Source: a virus
IMG/VR virus record: IMGVR_UViG_3300044824_000082
Location: 4,652-68,651 of that record
DNA: 64,000 nt
Direction: 5' to 3' (one strand)
The position numbers and the translations under genes were made by a program. This document shows, piece by piece, positions 1 to 10,159 of this stretch. Below the pieces are notes generated by a model. It was not told the DNA's origin. It searched no databases and saw only the letters and a program-made list of their open reading frames with translations. The stretch's first letter is position 1, and each line of letters opens with the position of its first letter.

Positions 1-316
1 TGTGCGGCGGGATGAGTGGCGGAAGCAAGGGCGACATTTTCTTCCCTGAAGACAGCGACTGGGAAAAGTGGATAGACGATTCGATAGGGTTCCCGTATGA
101 AGGCAGGTCGGTGTTTACGGAGAAGAACGAATGGCTTGAGTCGACGCAGAAATGTCGCCGTTTCGGGCATCCGGGATGTACGGATGTCGTTCATAATCAA
201 GTGCCCGCCCGCTCGGAAACATCTGGCGTAGTTGAGCCGTCAGAACGCTCGGCTAAGCTCAGTCGGGGCAGCTCCCCGAAAGCCGAATTGCGGGTGGACA
301 CCAAGAGGAAGCGAAA

Positions 317-772
317 GTGAAGAAAATCGGTGTGATAGGGTCGGGTTCCGATAAGTTCACCGACTTCGGGCGTTCGACGGCGCTGCATATCATCGACGAA
401 CTGCTGAAGCCCGGGGTAACAGTGGTTTCGGGCCATTCTCCGGTGGGCGGGGTGGACATTTGGGCCGAGACTATGGCCGAGCAAAAGGGATTACCAGTGG
501 AGATTTTCGTTCCCACGGTGAACAAGTGGCACGGCGGGTACAGGGAAAGGAACATGAAGATTGCCCAGCACTCGGATGAGATTCACGTCATTGTGGCAGA
601 CAAGTATCCGTTGGGGTGGCAGGGAAGAAGGTTTTCGGCATGCTATCACTGTCAGGCGCGGAGCATGCAAGACGCGGTTTCGCATGTAAAGAGCGGTGCT
701 TGCTGGACGGCGTTGAAGGCGATGCGGATGGGGAAGCCGGCCACTTGGTATGTGGTTCGCAATGGTGATTAA
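317..772 (+). CDS. SLOG-superfamily (YspA/DprA-like) nucleotide-binding protein
   Basis: KIGVIGS at the N-terminus and VVSGHSPVGGVDIWAE, then YRERNMKIA and SGACWT, fit the SLOG/Rossmann pattern. Confidence 0.65.
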   Translation: MKKIGVIGSGSDKFTDFGRSTALHIIDELLKPGVTVVSGHSPVGGVDIWAETMAEQKGLPVEIFVPTVNKWHGGYRERNMKIAQHSDEIHVIVADKYPLGWQGRRFSACYHCQARSMQDAVSHVKSGACWTALKAMRMGKPATWYVVRNGD

Positions 773-789
773 ATGAGGAACGATACGTC

Positions 790-1194
790 GTGGACGGCGC
801 TCCGCAGCAAGCCCTGTCCGAATGGATGCGGATTTGTTTCACGGGCGCGGCGGGGCATCAACCGAAACTCGATAGTCAAGCGGCACATGAGGTTGCGATG
901 TCCGAAGAAGGCGTGAGCGAGTGTGGTTGTAAAGGCGGGTTAGAATGCGAATGTCATGGGGTTGATTCGAGCGATTGTAAGTTCGAACAAACTGTGAACG
1001 AGTTGAAGGCTCAGTTGGAAGGTCAGATAGCGGAGACGAAGCACTGGTGGGAAGAGACGCTCCGGCTCCAAAAATATGTGGGCACTTTAGAGAACGATTA
1101 CCGGGAGTTACGAGATTACAACGCCCGCTTGGGAAAAGAACTTAAGCAAGCGCGTGCATCAGGTAGCGATGATTCGGCAAGGAAGGGGGTTTAG
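790..1194 (+). CDS. hypothetical protein, Cys cluster plus coiled coil; true start possibly downstream
   Basis: ORF track; CGC..CEC..C followed by a heptad-rich segment. Confidence 0.45.
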   Translation: MDGAPQQALSEWMRICFTGAAGHQPKLDSQAAHEVAMSEEGVSECGCKGGLECECHGVDSSDCKFEQTVNELKAQLEGQIAETKHWWEETLRLQKYVGTLENDYRELRDYNARLGKELKQARASGSDDSARKGV

Positions 1195-1345
1195 CGTGGA
1201 AGAGTTCAGAAGTGAGGAATTGAGTGCGGCAGAACCGGTGTGTTTTTGCGGGCACAAAGGGTGCTCGGGGCAAGGCGGGTGTCCGTTGGCGGAGTGCTAT
1301 CACCACGAACGGAGAAACCCGCGGCCAATGACGTGAGGTAAATCA

Positions 1346-1558
1346 ATGGGCGACACAAAGGAAGTAGAGAAGTTGAGAATCGAAGACAGCGATGGGCGCG
1401 TTTTGATTGAGGGAATGCAGAGTAGAGACTTTGTGGACATACTCAAGATGTTCCGAGCGATTGTGGACGCGGTGGAGCGCGGGGACCTCGTTCCCGATGC
1501 CCCGGGCATCAACCGGGACTCGCTACACGCTCTGGCACACCGTATTGGATGGGTATAG
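1346..1558 (+). CDS. hypothetical protein
   Basis: GAGGT SD-like site before the ATG; virus-like codon usage. Confidence 0.55.
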   Translation: MGDTKEVEKLRIEDSDGRVLIEGMQSRDFVDILKMFRAIVDAVERGDLVPDAPGINRDSLHALAHRIGWV

Positions 1559-1583
1559 GACTCACAGAAACGGACGTAGAACC

Positions 1584-1925
1584 GTGTCCGGCCCTCCAAC
1601 CCCCATCTCGATACCCACGATTAAGACGTGCGGGTACTGCGGCCACGCCAGCGTGTATCATTTGGGTGAGGATATGGTGGTGGGGAAAGGCCCGTGTGTG
1701 ATAGGGAAGACGCCGGGGCTGATGACGTACCATCCGTGCGATTGTAAGGAGTTTGTCGAGCCCCCGCCCGAAAAGGTGCGGCCGGTGGAGCACTGCGCGG
1801 CGTGCGGGGGAGAGTTGAAACTGATATGGAAAGACAGGGCAGCGCAGTGGGCATGTATCCTTTGCGGGAAACTGTGGCCGGTGGTGATGCTCCCGGTGTG
1901 GCCGCACGACTACGCAACGCGGTAA
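1584..1925 (+). CDS. Zn-finger protein (CxxCGH..H..C..CxC plus a second Zn ribbon)
   Basis: GTG start inside ORF 1407..1925; CGYCGH, CDC, CAAC and CILC motifs. Confidence 0.5.
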   Translation: MSGPPTPISIPTIKTCGYCGHASVYHLGEDMVVGKGPCVIGKTPGLMTYHPCDCKEFVEPPPEKVRPVEHCAACGGELKLIWKDRAAQWACILCGKLWPVVMLPVWPHDYATR

Positions 1926-1949
1926 AGGAAAGTTTAAGTAGGCAGTACG

Positions 1950-2378
1950 ATGGAAGATTCTAAGCAGTATTTTCGAGAAGCGCAACGCCGATGGGCAGCC
2001 GTTCCAGCCAATCATGCGAAGATACTTGCGCGGCTTGCGAAGTGGAGAGCAGAGCACCCGGAAAGAGCAGCCGAAATATCAGCGAATACCAGAAGGAAGT
2101 TGAAACGAGAGGTTCTGGCCCATTACGGGCCGAATGGTGAGGCTCGATGTTCGTGGCCCGGTTGTGAATGGACAGATTTAGAAGCGCTGAGTATAGACCA
2201 TGTTAACGGCGGTGGGAATGAAGAACGAAGGAAACTTGGGCGTAAGGCCGGACAGCATTTTTACTATTGGCTGAAGCAGAATGGTTATCCAGAAGGTTAT
2301 CAGACGCTTTGTATGAATCATCAGTTTGTTAAGCGGGTTGTAGAAAGAGAGTGCAAGCGGAAAGGGGAAAGTTTATAA
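1950..2378 (+). CDS. HNH endonuclease
   Basis: CSWPGC...LSIDHVNGGG...LCMNH; basic N-terminal helix; own TATA-like box. Confidence 0.8.
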   Translation: MEDSKQYFREAQRRWAAVPANHAKILARLAKWRAEHPERAAEISANTRRKLKREVLAHYGPNGEARCSWPGCEWTDLEALSIDHVNGGGNEERRKLGRKAGQHFYYWLKQNGYPEGYQTLCMNHQFVKRVVERECKRKGESL

Positions 2379-2401
2379 CCACGGGAGGGGATGTCAATAC
2401 G

Positions 2402-3559
2402 ATGGATTGGAACCTGTTTGACGAGACATTCTCAAAGTTCGGGTTGCTCAAGGTCTTGCGGGACGGCAACGGTTTCGAGTGGCGCGTCTATGGCGTGCAT
2501 AACTTTGAACGCCCGCTGTTCGTAGGAAAGGCGGGGCAGTTCGAGGAAGCCCGTAAACAGGGCGAGGACAAGTTGTACAAGGATTTGAAGCAGATTTTCT
2601 GGATTCTCAGTCAGATGTCTGAGAAGGAACGTAAAGAAGGCGAGCCCGTAGATGCGGAAATCATCGAGCGGGCGATTCGGGAAATCAACGCGGGGCGGAA
2701 GTCACAGGCGATTGTGTATCTGCGGGAAATCATCAATCGGGAGAAGGCCGAGGGCGAGCCCGACGACGTGCGGCAGTTGGAACTGGCGTTGGCATTGTTG
2801 ATGTCGGAGCCACCCGATTTGGGCAAGTCGGAAGTGCCGCAGCCACCGATAGAGCGGCCTGAGATGAAGTCGGGCGAGACGGATTGGCAACGTGAGAACA
2901 ATATCAAAAGGACGCACCCGCCGTCAGGATTGCCCCGGTACGTCTGTACGATTTGTAGTATGCCGGTTGACTTTACCGATGAAGGCGGATTGATTCCGCA
3001 TAATCATGCGACGAAGGCGGTTCGTTTCATGCGAGCGCTTTCGGGAGTCAAGAAGGGCACGACGTACGAGCCCTGTCCAACGTGTTCCAGCGGCCATCTC
3101 GGGTTGAAGGGCGGGAAGCCTCGGGATTTGAAGTGTCCGGATTGTGGCGGGACGGGGCAGAAGGTTACGCAGAAGGCGGGACAGATTTTCACTTGTGATG
3201 AGTGCGGTGCGGAGTTCAATTCGCTTCCGGGATTGAAGGTTCACATGACGGACCATTTCGGGGAGAAGTCGTTGGAAGACGATTTTGGTGCAGATAGTCA
3301 GGGGCACGAATATTACGACGGTGACAAGCATTTGTATCATTGCAAGCTTTGTGGTTGTCACGAAGATTCTCCGAACGCGACAAACCCGTGCAGGAACGCT
3401 AAGAAGGCGGTTGAGAAGGACGCTTGTGCGGTGTGTGGTAAACCGGCCACGCGAGAGGAAGAAGACGGCACTCGGGTGTGCAGTAAGTGTTTCAAGCAAC
3501 GCAACGGCCAGACGAAGGGAGTTCGGGTAGTTCGGGCGTTGGTAGGCAAGAAAAGGTAG
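2402..3559 (+). CDS. multi-Zn-finger protein, putative head-associated polyprotein
   Basis: ATG 2402 follows a TTTATAA box; several CxxC and C2H2 modules separated by K-S/K-A/K-G; two RAL(S/V)G..KK motifs shared with the portal and protease. Confidence 0.65.
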   Translation: MDWNLFDETFSKFGLLKVLRDGNGFEWRVYGVHNFERPLFVGKAGQFEEARKQGEDKLYKDLKQIFWILSQMSEKERKEGEPVDAEIIERAIREINAGRKSQAIVYLREIINREKAEGEPDDVRQLELALALLMSEPPDLGKSEVPQPPIERPEMKSGETDWQRENNIKRTHPPSGLPRYVCTICSMPVDFTDEGGLIPHNHATKAVRFMRALSGVKKGTTYEPCPTCSSGHLGLKGGKPRDLKCPDCGGTGQKVTQKAGQIFTCDECGAEFNSLPGLKVHMTDHFGEKSLEDDFGADSQGHEYYDGDKHLYHCKLCGCHEDSPNATNPCRNAKKAVEKDACAVCGKPATREEEDGTRVCSKCFKQRNGQTKGVRVVRALVGKKR

Positions 3560-3565
3560 GCGGGC

Positions 3566-3688
3566 ATGGCGTTCAAGCGGTTTCAGTGTGAGTTGTGCAA
3601 GCGTCGGTTCAGAACGCCGCGCGGGTTGAAGGTTCACAAGAAGATGATTCACGAAGCCGAAGTGATAGTGGAGTTCGTGCCAGTATGA
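3566..3688 (+). CDS. small C2H2 zinc-finger protein (40 aa; not in ORF track)
   Basis: MAFKRFQCELCKRRFRTPRGLKVHKKMIH, translated by hand. Confidence 0.65.
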   Translation: MAFKRFQCELCKRRFRTPRGLKVHKKMIHEAEVIVEFVPV

Positions 3689-3703
3689 CGAGGGGGGGTT
3701 GAT

Positions 3704-4096
3704 TTGCCGAGTCGTGAAGAGCGTGGGGCCTACGGTTTCGGGCGGAAGGTTCGGAATTGGGAAAAGTACAACCCGTTGGGACATCGGGTGACGCCGTTTC
3801 CCGAAGAGAAGGTATGTGGGATATGCGAGTCACGGTGTGACGTGGTGTTCCCGGTGGCACCGAAGTTGTGCGGACGGTGCGCCATGCACGCGATTGGCCG
3901 TTCGGATGTGATGAACAAGTGGAAGTTCGGCCCGCCCGACTTGACGGGGTATCACTGCGATAACTGCGGGCAGTTGACGTACCGCCCATTGCAGGTGAAC
4001 ACGCGTATTTGTAACAAGTGCACGGTGCGGCTCGGGCAGCAAGTGGTAAGGAACCAGATAGCCTTGAAGTACGGCGCCCGGCGGGTGTTTGGTTGA
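3704..4096 (+). CDS. Cys-rich Zn-finger protein
   Basis: four CxxC pairs; GAGGGGG SD-like site before the TTG. Confidence 0.6.
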   Translation: MPSREERGAYGFGRKVRNWEKYNPLGHRVTPFPEEKVCGICESRCDVVFPVAPKLCGRCAMHAIGRSDVMNKWKFGPPDLTGYHCDNCGQLTYRPLQVNTRICNKCTVRLGQQVVRNQIALKYGARRVFG

Positions 4097-4138
4097 GGTA
4101 GCAAGATTTAAATAGGGCGTGATAGCTTAGAGTCTATC

Positions 4139-4588
4139 ATGCCGACAGGAACGGGAGTGGGACAAGTTGTTCCGCAGAGTGGTTTTGGAACGCCAAACTC
4201 GAACACGGGACAGACGACTGGAATGTTGACGACAGATTTTTACGACAACCGGCGCGTGTCAGCGGTTGATGCTAACCCGATTGTCTTGATGGTGCTTCCC
4301 AGCACCGCTTACACCGTGTGGGACGTTTCGATGTCATGGCACGGGAACTGTGCAGCGGTGAGCACGGTAACGGCGGGAACGTACGTTATGTCATGGACAG
4401 CTTTGGGCGGGGCTCAGAGCGCGACGGTTACGGTAGCGGCAATGGCAGGAGCGACGAACAAGAATGCGTCCTTGCAGTTTTCGATTATGCCGGACCCGTC
4501 GAGCACTGTGACGGTTCAGTTTGCGGGCAGTTCGTTCACGGGAACGGCCACGTACGCGTTTTCGACTACGGTTTCGCGGACGCTCTGA
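4139..4588 (+). CDS. putative virion structural protein, Thr/Ser/Gly-rich beta fold
   Basis: TTTAAATA box upstream; the RRVSAVDANPI segment resembles RATVTAVDATPI in the 12643 fibre C-terminus. Confidence 0.6.
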   Translation: MPTGTGVGQVVPQSGFGTPNSNTGQTTGMLTTDFYDNRRVSAVDANPIVLMVLPSTAYTVWDVSMSWHGNCAAVSTVTAGTYVMSWTALGGAQSATVTVAAMAGATNKNASLQFSIMPDPSSTVTVQFAGSSFTGTATYAFSTTVSRTL

Positions 4589-4589
4589 G

Positions 4590-4603
4590 AAAGGTTTAAG
4601 TAG
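4590..4603 (+). promoter_or_regulatory. archaeal BRE+TATA promoter AAAGGTTTAAGTAG (representative)
   Basis: near-identical copies at ~12606, 24135, 31755, 32381, 45513 and 47712, each followed by ATG at similar spacing. Confidence 0.8.
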
Positions 4604-4625
4604 AGGCGAGGAGTTAATATCAAGC

Positions 4626-4724
4626 ATGGCAAACGAAGGTCAAGGATATGTGGCGGCACCGGGGTTCGGGAATCCCGTTTCGTACTTGGGGCCAGCGGCG
4701 ACAGTGACGTTTGTTCCGGATTAA
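4626..4724 (+). CDS. 32-aa peptide MANEGQGYVAAPGFGNPVSY...
   Basis: strong AAAGGTTTAAGTAG promoter at leaderless spacing; GFG-x-P motif also in the N-terminus of 4139. Confidence 0.45.
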   Translation: MANEGQGYVAAPGFGNPVSYLGPAATVTFVPD

Positions 4725-4734
4725 GGAGGGAAAC

Positions 4735-5319
4735 ATGGAAGAGGAAGGAAAGGTAATCGAAGCGCTGCCACAAGAGGCGTTGAAGGGCGGACTGGGCGGT
4801 GTCAAGGTTTTGGTGATTGGCCGCGACGCCGACGGAACTGAAACGGGGCGGTATCAGAGCGATGCCGACTTGATTACCCAACAGTGGGTGCAGTTCTTGT
4901 ACACGAATTTCTTTTACACAACGGCGGGCTTGAACGTCGTCACGATTACGGGTGCGACAGTCACAGGAACAACGTTCGGTGTGTTCGGGACGTTGTCGGC
5001 ATTGACGATTGCGGCAGGAATCGGAACGAACGCAGCGCAGGTTAACGACAACAAGCTTCAGACAATCTCAGGTACGTTGGCAGGAACGTGCCCGGGAACT
5101 ATCAGTGCGTGGGCGGGACAGTCGGGTGTGACGGGTTCGTTCACCATTACGGGAACGATTACGAACACCTCGGGCAGCACGATTAACTACAGCGAAATCG
5201 GGTTGATGGCTAACGACAAGAGCGCGAACACGTATCTGTTGACGCACGATGTGTTCACTGCGGTTCCGGTGAGTTACACGGGAACGCTGACGATTACTTA
5301 CACAATAACCAACAGTTGA
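4735..5319 (+). CDS. putative tail/baseplate structural protein
   Basis: AGGAGG SD; IAAGIGTNAAQVNDNKL...YSEIGL...LLTHDVF resembles 20015..20443 and phage tail proteins. Confidence 0.55.
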   Translation: MEEEGKVIEALPQEALKGGLGGVKVLVIGRDADGTETGRYQSDADLITQQWVQFLYTNFFYTTAGLNVVTITGATVTGTTFGVFGTLSALTIAAGIGTNAAQVNDNKLQTISGTLAGTCPGTISAWAGQSGVTGSFTITGTITNTSGSTINYSEIGLMANDKSANTYLLTHDVFTAVPVSYTGTLTITYTITNS

Positions 5320-5349
5320 GCAGCCTGAAAATTGGGCCGGATTGCCGCT

Positions 5350-5568
5350 ATGTCAAGTGAGAAGCGAGCGGCGTACATGCGTTCTTACTGGAAAGAACAC
5401 CGGGCGGAAGCTAACGCAGCGTGGCGGCGGTGGCGCGACAAGAACCCCGCTCGGGCGAGGAAAAAGGCACGACAGTATTATTTGGCGCGGAAACAGATAC
5501 ACAAGCGGGTAAAGGTTCGGACGTCGTTTTCTACGAGCTTCAAATTGCGGGTGGGGAAGCGGCGATAG
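5350..5568 (+). pseudogene. basic helical N-terminus of an HNH-type endonuclease with no nuclease domain (probable remnant)
   Basis: YMRSYWKEHR..WRRWRDKNP resembles the N-termini of the 1950 and 60085 HNH proteins; no HNH core. Confidence 0.4.
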
Positions 5569-5649
5569 TTATTTGGTAAGGCGGGCCAACGTTGAAATAG
5601 TCAGCCCGGCGTAAGCTTAAATAGATGACGCTTGCGTGTGAGGTAATCT

Positions 5650-8514
5650 ATGCCGTCTAATGACGGCACGGCGGTAGTTCGCGGTACGGGGGTAGCCACA
5701 CTATCGGCGGCGATTACAACAGCGGCTGGCCCCGACTTCTTGTTTGTTGGCGCGGTAACGACGTTGCTAAGCGGCACCGTCACGTCGATTTCTTCGGTTC
5801 CGTCATTAACGTGGACAAAAGCGGCGGGGGTAGTCACCGGAACCACGGCGGCAACGTACGTTGATACCGAACTCTGGTGGTCGTCGCAGAAGGCAGCGGG
5901 AGCCGCAACCGTTACAGTAGTGTTCTCGGGAGCGGGAAGCTGCACGGCGATGATATGGGCCGTTAACGGGGGCGGGAACAGTTCGAATCCGTTTGACCCC
6001 GGCGCTTCGGCCCTCGTAACAGCGGCAGGAACCGGCACGGCAGTTACGGCCACAGTGACATCAACGAACCCAAGTGCGATGTTTATTGGGGTGGTTGGAG
6101 TCAACGGTGCGGACACGTTAACTGCCAAGACGGGGTTTTCAACCACAGTCGCAGCGTTCAGTACTATCCCAGCAGGGTTCGTTGAGTGGAATAACAGTGC
6201 AACGATTCGCTCGGCCTTTGCGGTAACAGCAACGGTTTCGTCTTCGGCTCAGTGGGGTATCATTGCGGCGGTGCTTCTGGGCACTCGTGGCGGCAGCGGA
6301 AAGTTGGCCGGCGCGGCTTCGGTAGTTAACAGTCATCAGGCAGTGACGGGTGCCGGCACGTTCCATAGTTCAGTTTCGGTAGTAGCGAACGCGAAAGGGA
6401 CGGGGGCGGGAACAGAGCACGGAGCGGGAACCGTTCAGACGCTTGTGCAAAAACTGAACGGCGCGGGAACGCTTGCCGGGACGCACGCGCTACTTACGTC
6501 TCAGCGTGGAACCGGCGCGGGCACGTTCCATACTACGGTATTGGTAGTTGCCAACGCATCTCACGCGGGTGCAGGCACGTTGGCCGGAACGCACTCACTG
6601 ATAACCAGTCAGACTGGAAAGGGTGCGGGCACACTGGCAGGTACGCACAGTTTGACGAATGCCCATCAAGCAAAGAGCGGGACGGGGATACTTGCTGGTA
6701 CGCATAGTCTAACGAATTCGCATCAGGCGGAAAGTGGTGCGGGTACATTGGCGGGTACTCATTCGTTGGTTTCGTCCCAAAAAGAAACGGGAGAAGGGCA
6801 ATTCGCCGGCACACATAGTTTGTTGTCCAGTCAGAAAGAGACTGGTGCGGGTACGGAGGCAGGGACACATTCGTTACTGGTTTCGCAAAAGAAGTCGGGA
6901 GGAGGACAGTTCGCGGGGACGCACTCGGCGCTCACGTCTCAGAAAGGGGTTGGTGCGGGACAACTTGCGGGTACGCACACGTTGTTAACCAATCAAAAAG
7001 AGGCCGGTGAGGGGCAGTTCGCCGGGACTCATACGCTTAAGACAAGCCAAGTTGAGGCTGGCGAAGGACAGTTTGCTGGAACCCACGCGCTCAAGACAAG
7101 TCAGGTGGAGAAAGGAGCGGGTACGTTTGCTGGCACGCATGCGTATCTCGCGTCTCAGAAAGAGACAGGCGAGGGGCAGTTTGCGGGTACTCACAGTTTG
7201 GTTAACAGTAAGCAGGCGGTAACGGGTGCGGGTACGCTGCATTCTTCGGTAGCGGTGGTTGTCAGTGAAAAGGGAACTGGGGAGGGGCAGTTCGCCGGGA
7301 CTCATACGCTTAAGACAAGCCAAGTTGAGGCTGGCGAAGGCCAGCTTGCCGGAACCCACACGTCCAAGACCAGTCAGGTTGAAGCCGGAGAAGGAAGGTT
7401 TGCAGGCACCCATACGATAAGCACCTCGCAAGTCGAGGCGGGTGAGGGACGGTTCGCCGGCACCCACACCACCATCGTATCGGGGAAGGCAACGGGAACG
7501 GGGACGTTGCACGGTGCGGGTGTTGCTTCGGGAGCGAGTGCAGGTGTTGCGACAGGTGCCGGAACCCTGCACGGTGCGGTTACAAGTAAGGTAGCGAGTG
7601 GTAAGGCGTCAGGCGCGGGGACAGAGCACGGTGCGGCAACGACAGCGGCTTCGCATCAGGCTGAAGCGGGAGAAGGTCAGTTTGCCGGGACCCATACCAC
7701 CGTGTTCAGTCAGGCGGCGAAAGGCACAGGCACGTTCCACGGTTCGGTGGCGGTGGTCGCGTCTGGTAAGGGGGTAGGAGCCGGAACCGAACATGGCGCT
7801 GCGACAATCGTAAGCCACCAGTCGAAGGCGGGAACGGGTACAGAAGCCGGCGCGGTTACAGGTGCGATTGCCAGCGGAAAAGGGACTGGGGCCGGAACAG
7901 AGCATGGCAGTGTCACGGCGGTGGCGAACGGGAAAGGTATCGGGACTGGAACCGAGCACAGCACCGTTGGTGTAGTGGCGAATGGCAAGGGGTCCGGTGC
8001 GGGGGCTTTGTACAGTTCGGTAACTGTAAAGGCAAACGGATTGGGCGCTGGAACCGGGGCGGAGCGCGGCTCGGTTGCGGTAGTAAGCCATCAGTCCAAG
8101 AGCGGCGCAGGAAGCGAACAGGGCGCGGGAACGGTTGTAAGTCATCAGTCGAAGCCGGGTTCCGGAACCGAACACGCGGCAGTCACGGCGATAGCAAGTG
8201 GAAAAGCGGCGGGAGAGGGACGTTTCGCCGGGGCGTCACAGTTCAGTGAAGCGGCGGTTGCCAGTGGAGAAGGGAGGTTCTCGACAGCCGTTTACGCGAG
8301 CCAGTATCCGCCTGTGCCAGTCAAGGGAACCTGTGGGTTCGGTTCGGCGGTGCTGGTCACGTCTATGAGTCCGACTGGGCGGGAAGTGCTCGGGGTAGTG
8401 AAGGAATCGGGAGGAGTCAGTTCTGTGGGGCAAGAGGTGTCGCCGGGAGTGTTCCAGTTCTTCATTAACGGGAAACCGTACGCGTATTATCACAACGTAC
8501 AGGGGTTGCCATGA
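5650..8514 (+). CDS. long repeat-containing fibre/adhesin-like virion protein (954 aa)
   Basis: many ~18-aa GxG(Q/T)(F/L)AGTH..SQ repeats; beta-rich N-domain; shared C-terminal domain. Confidence 0.75.
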   Translation: MPSNDGTAVVRGTGVATLSAAITTAAGPDFLFVGAVTTLLSGTVTSISSVPSLTWTKAAGVVTGTTAATYVDTELWWSSQKAAGAATVTVVFSGAGSCTAMIWAVNGGGNSSNPFDPGASALVTAAGTGTAVTATVTSTNPSAMFIGVVGVNGADTLTAKTGFSTTVAAFSTIPAGFVEWNNSATIRSAFAVTATVSSSAQWGIIAAVLLGTRGGSGKLAGAASVVNSHQAVTGAGTFHSSVSVVANAKGTGAGTEHGAGTVQTLVQKLNGAGTLAGTHALLTSQRGTGAGTFHTTVLVVANASHAGAGTLAGTHSLITSQTGKGAGTLAGTHSLTNAHQAKSGTGILAGTHSLTNSHQAESGAGTLAGTHSLVSSQKETGEGQFAGTHSLLSSQKETGAGTEAGTHSLLVSQKKSGGGQFAGTHSALTSQKGVGAGQLAGTHTLLTNQKEAGEGQFAGTHTLKTSQVEAGEGQFAGTHALKTSQVEKGAGTFAGTHAYLASQKETGEGQFAGTHSLVNSKQAVTGAGTLHSSVAVVVSEKGTGEGQFAGTHTLKTSQVEAGEGQLAGTHTSKTSQVEAGEGRFAGTHTISTSQVEAGEGRFAGTHTTIVSGKATGTGTLHGAGVASGASAGVATGAGTLHGAVTSKVASGKASGAGTEHGAATTAASHQAEAGEGQFAGTHTTVFSQAAKGTGTFHGSVAVVASGKGVGAGTEHGAATIVSHQSKAGTGTEAGAVTGAIASGKGTGAGTEHGSVTAVANGKGIGTGTEHSTVGVVANGKGSGAGALYSSVTVKANGLGAGTGAERGSVAVVSHQSKSGAGSEQGAGTVVSHQSKPGSGTEHAAVTAIASGKAAGEGRFAGASQFSEAAVASGEGRFSTAVYASQYPPVPVKGTCGFGSAVLVTSMSPTGREVLGVVKESGGVSSVGQEVSPGVFQFFINGKPYAYYHNVQGLP
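7009..7340 (+). repeat. exact 59-bp direct repeat (7009-7067 and 7282-7340) inside the repeat protein
   Basis: GAGGGGCAGTTCGCCGGGACTCATACGCTTAAGACAAGCCAAGTTGAGGCTGGCGAAGG occurs twice, in frame. Confidence 0.85.
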
Positions 8515-8575
8515 GGAGAGTGCGGAAGGTTGAAATAAGCGGCACCCGTTATTTAAGTGTGTCGGGAGGTAGCGC

Positions 8576-10159
8576 ATGACGGTAGGGTTGGACGGCACGG
8601 TAATCGCACAAGCTAAGGCGGCGACTATCAAAGCCGCGCTGACGACTACGCAGGCGAACGATGTTATCATCTTTGTCGGAGTCTCGGCGGCAACGACAAC
8701 GATTACAGCGGTTGTTGCAACGGGATTGACTTTTACCCAGCGTTCGTCATCTTCGGTTGCAGCCGCGATGACAATGTCGGAGTGGTACGCGGTAGCCACC
8801 GGCGCGTTCAGTAACACGATTACTGCTACGTTTAGCGCGTCTGGAACTGTTTCGATTATCGCGTTTGGTGTTTCGGGCGCGAATACCACGGCGCTGTTCG
8901 ATTCGAATGCGGCCCTGCCGAACTGGGCATCAGTCACGGCGGCTTCGATTACGGGCACAATTTCAACGTCGTTCCCGAATGATTTTGTTTTTCAGGTAGT
9001 TGGAAACCAGGTTACTGAAGCAACAGCCACGGTGCCGGCGGGTTTCTCGACTATTGAAGTCAGCGCGGGGACAATGGGGCCGCAGGGTGCCTATGAGATT
9101 CCTTCGACAACGCTGAGTGTCAGTACTGCCAAGTGGAAGTTCCCGACGTCGCGCGGGCTGATGATTCTGTCGGACGCGTTGCAGCCGCTTACCCAGCCGA
9201 AAGGTGGGGCAGGAACAGAAGCGGGGACGCACACGCTTTTGACTTCGCAGGCAGAAACCGGCGCAGGGCAGTTGGCCGGTACACATTCTTTGGCTTCGAA
9301 TTTGAATAAGGCCGGTGCGGGGCAGCTTGCGGGAACTCATGGATTGGTTTCCAGTCAGGTAGAGAGCGGAGAGGGACAGCTTGCGGGTACTCACACGCTG
9401 AAATCCAGTCAGGTTGAAACGGGCGAGGGTTCGTTAGCGGGGACGCATAGTTTGGTTTCGTCGCAAAAGAAATCCGGCGGAGGAAGTCTTGCTGGGACTC
9501 ATAGTGCCATTGCGGGAAACCCTGTCAGCGGAGAGGGCAGACTCGCAGGTACGCACACTTTGTTAACGTCCCAGAAGGAAACTGGTGCGGGGGCACTTGT
9601 CGGAACGCACGGGTTAGTGTCAAGTCAAAAAGAGGGTGGTGCGGGAAGTCTTGCGGGAACTCACGTTCTCAAAGTGAGTCAAGTCGAGGCAGGCACAGGT
9701 AGTTTGGCGGGGACACACAGTTTGTTGTCCAGCCAAAATGAGACTGGCGAAGGGCGATTTGCTGGTACTCACGGCGCTGTTGCTTCGGGGAAAACGATTG
9801 GTGAAGGCCAGTTGGCGGGAAGCGGTACCGCGGCAAGCATTTCAAAGGTCGCAGGAGCAGGAACGTTCCACGCTACCGCGAAGGAGGTAGCCAGTCAGCG
9901 CGTGGTTGGAAGCGGGGCGCTCACAGGAACGTATCAGATTGTAAAGCCCGTAGTGGGGAGGGGCGGGTTCGGGTGTAAGGTTACGCTGTTCGCGTTTGCG
10001 GGAGCTTCGCAGGTACCGTATGCAGCGCGTCAGGAGTCAGGAGGGGTTACGGAACCAACGCTGGACATTTCGGGAGGAATCTACGCGTTCAACGTGAACG
10101 TGTTGACGAATCCGATTACGGGCGGATTGCCGCCGCCAGATGGAGGGAATGCTAAATGA
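8576..10159 (+). CDS. paralogous repeat-containing virion protein (527 aa)
   Basis: same architecture as 5650 with fewer G(Q/S)LAGTH repeats. Confidence 0.75.
   Translation: MTVGLDGTVIAQAKAATIKAALTTTQANDVIIFVGVSAATTTITAVVATGLTFTQRSSSSVAAAMTMSEWYAVATGAFSNTITATFSASGTVSIIAFGVSGANTTALFDSNAALPNWASVTAASITGTISTSFPNDFVFQVVGNQVTEATATVPAGFSTIEVSAGTMGPQGAYEIPSTTLSVSTAKWKFPTSRGLMILSDALQPLTQPKGGAGTEAGTHTLLTSQAETGAGQLAGTHSLASNLNKAGAGQLAGTHGLVSSQVESGEGQLAGTHTLKSSQVETGEGSLAGTHSLVSSQKKSGGGSLAGTHSAIAGNPVSGEGRLAGTHTLLTSQKETGAGALVGTHGLVSSQKEGGAGSLAGTHVLKVSQVEAGTGSLAGTHSLLSSQNETGEGRFAGTHGAVASGKTIGEGQLAGSGTAASISKVAGAGTFHATAKEVASQRVVGSGALTGTYQIVKPVVGRGGFGCKVTLFAFAGASQVPYAARQESGGVTEPTLDISGGIYAFNVNVLTNPITGGLPPPDGGNAK

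Noticed and set aside
6480-9780. Diversity-generating retroelement template/variable repeats in the fibre genes
   Set aside because: Repeats differ mainly at synonymous positions rather than adenines, and no reverse transcriptase is present in the window
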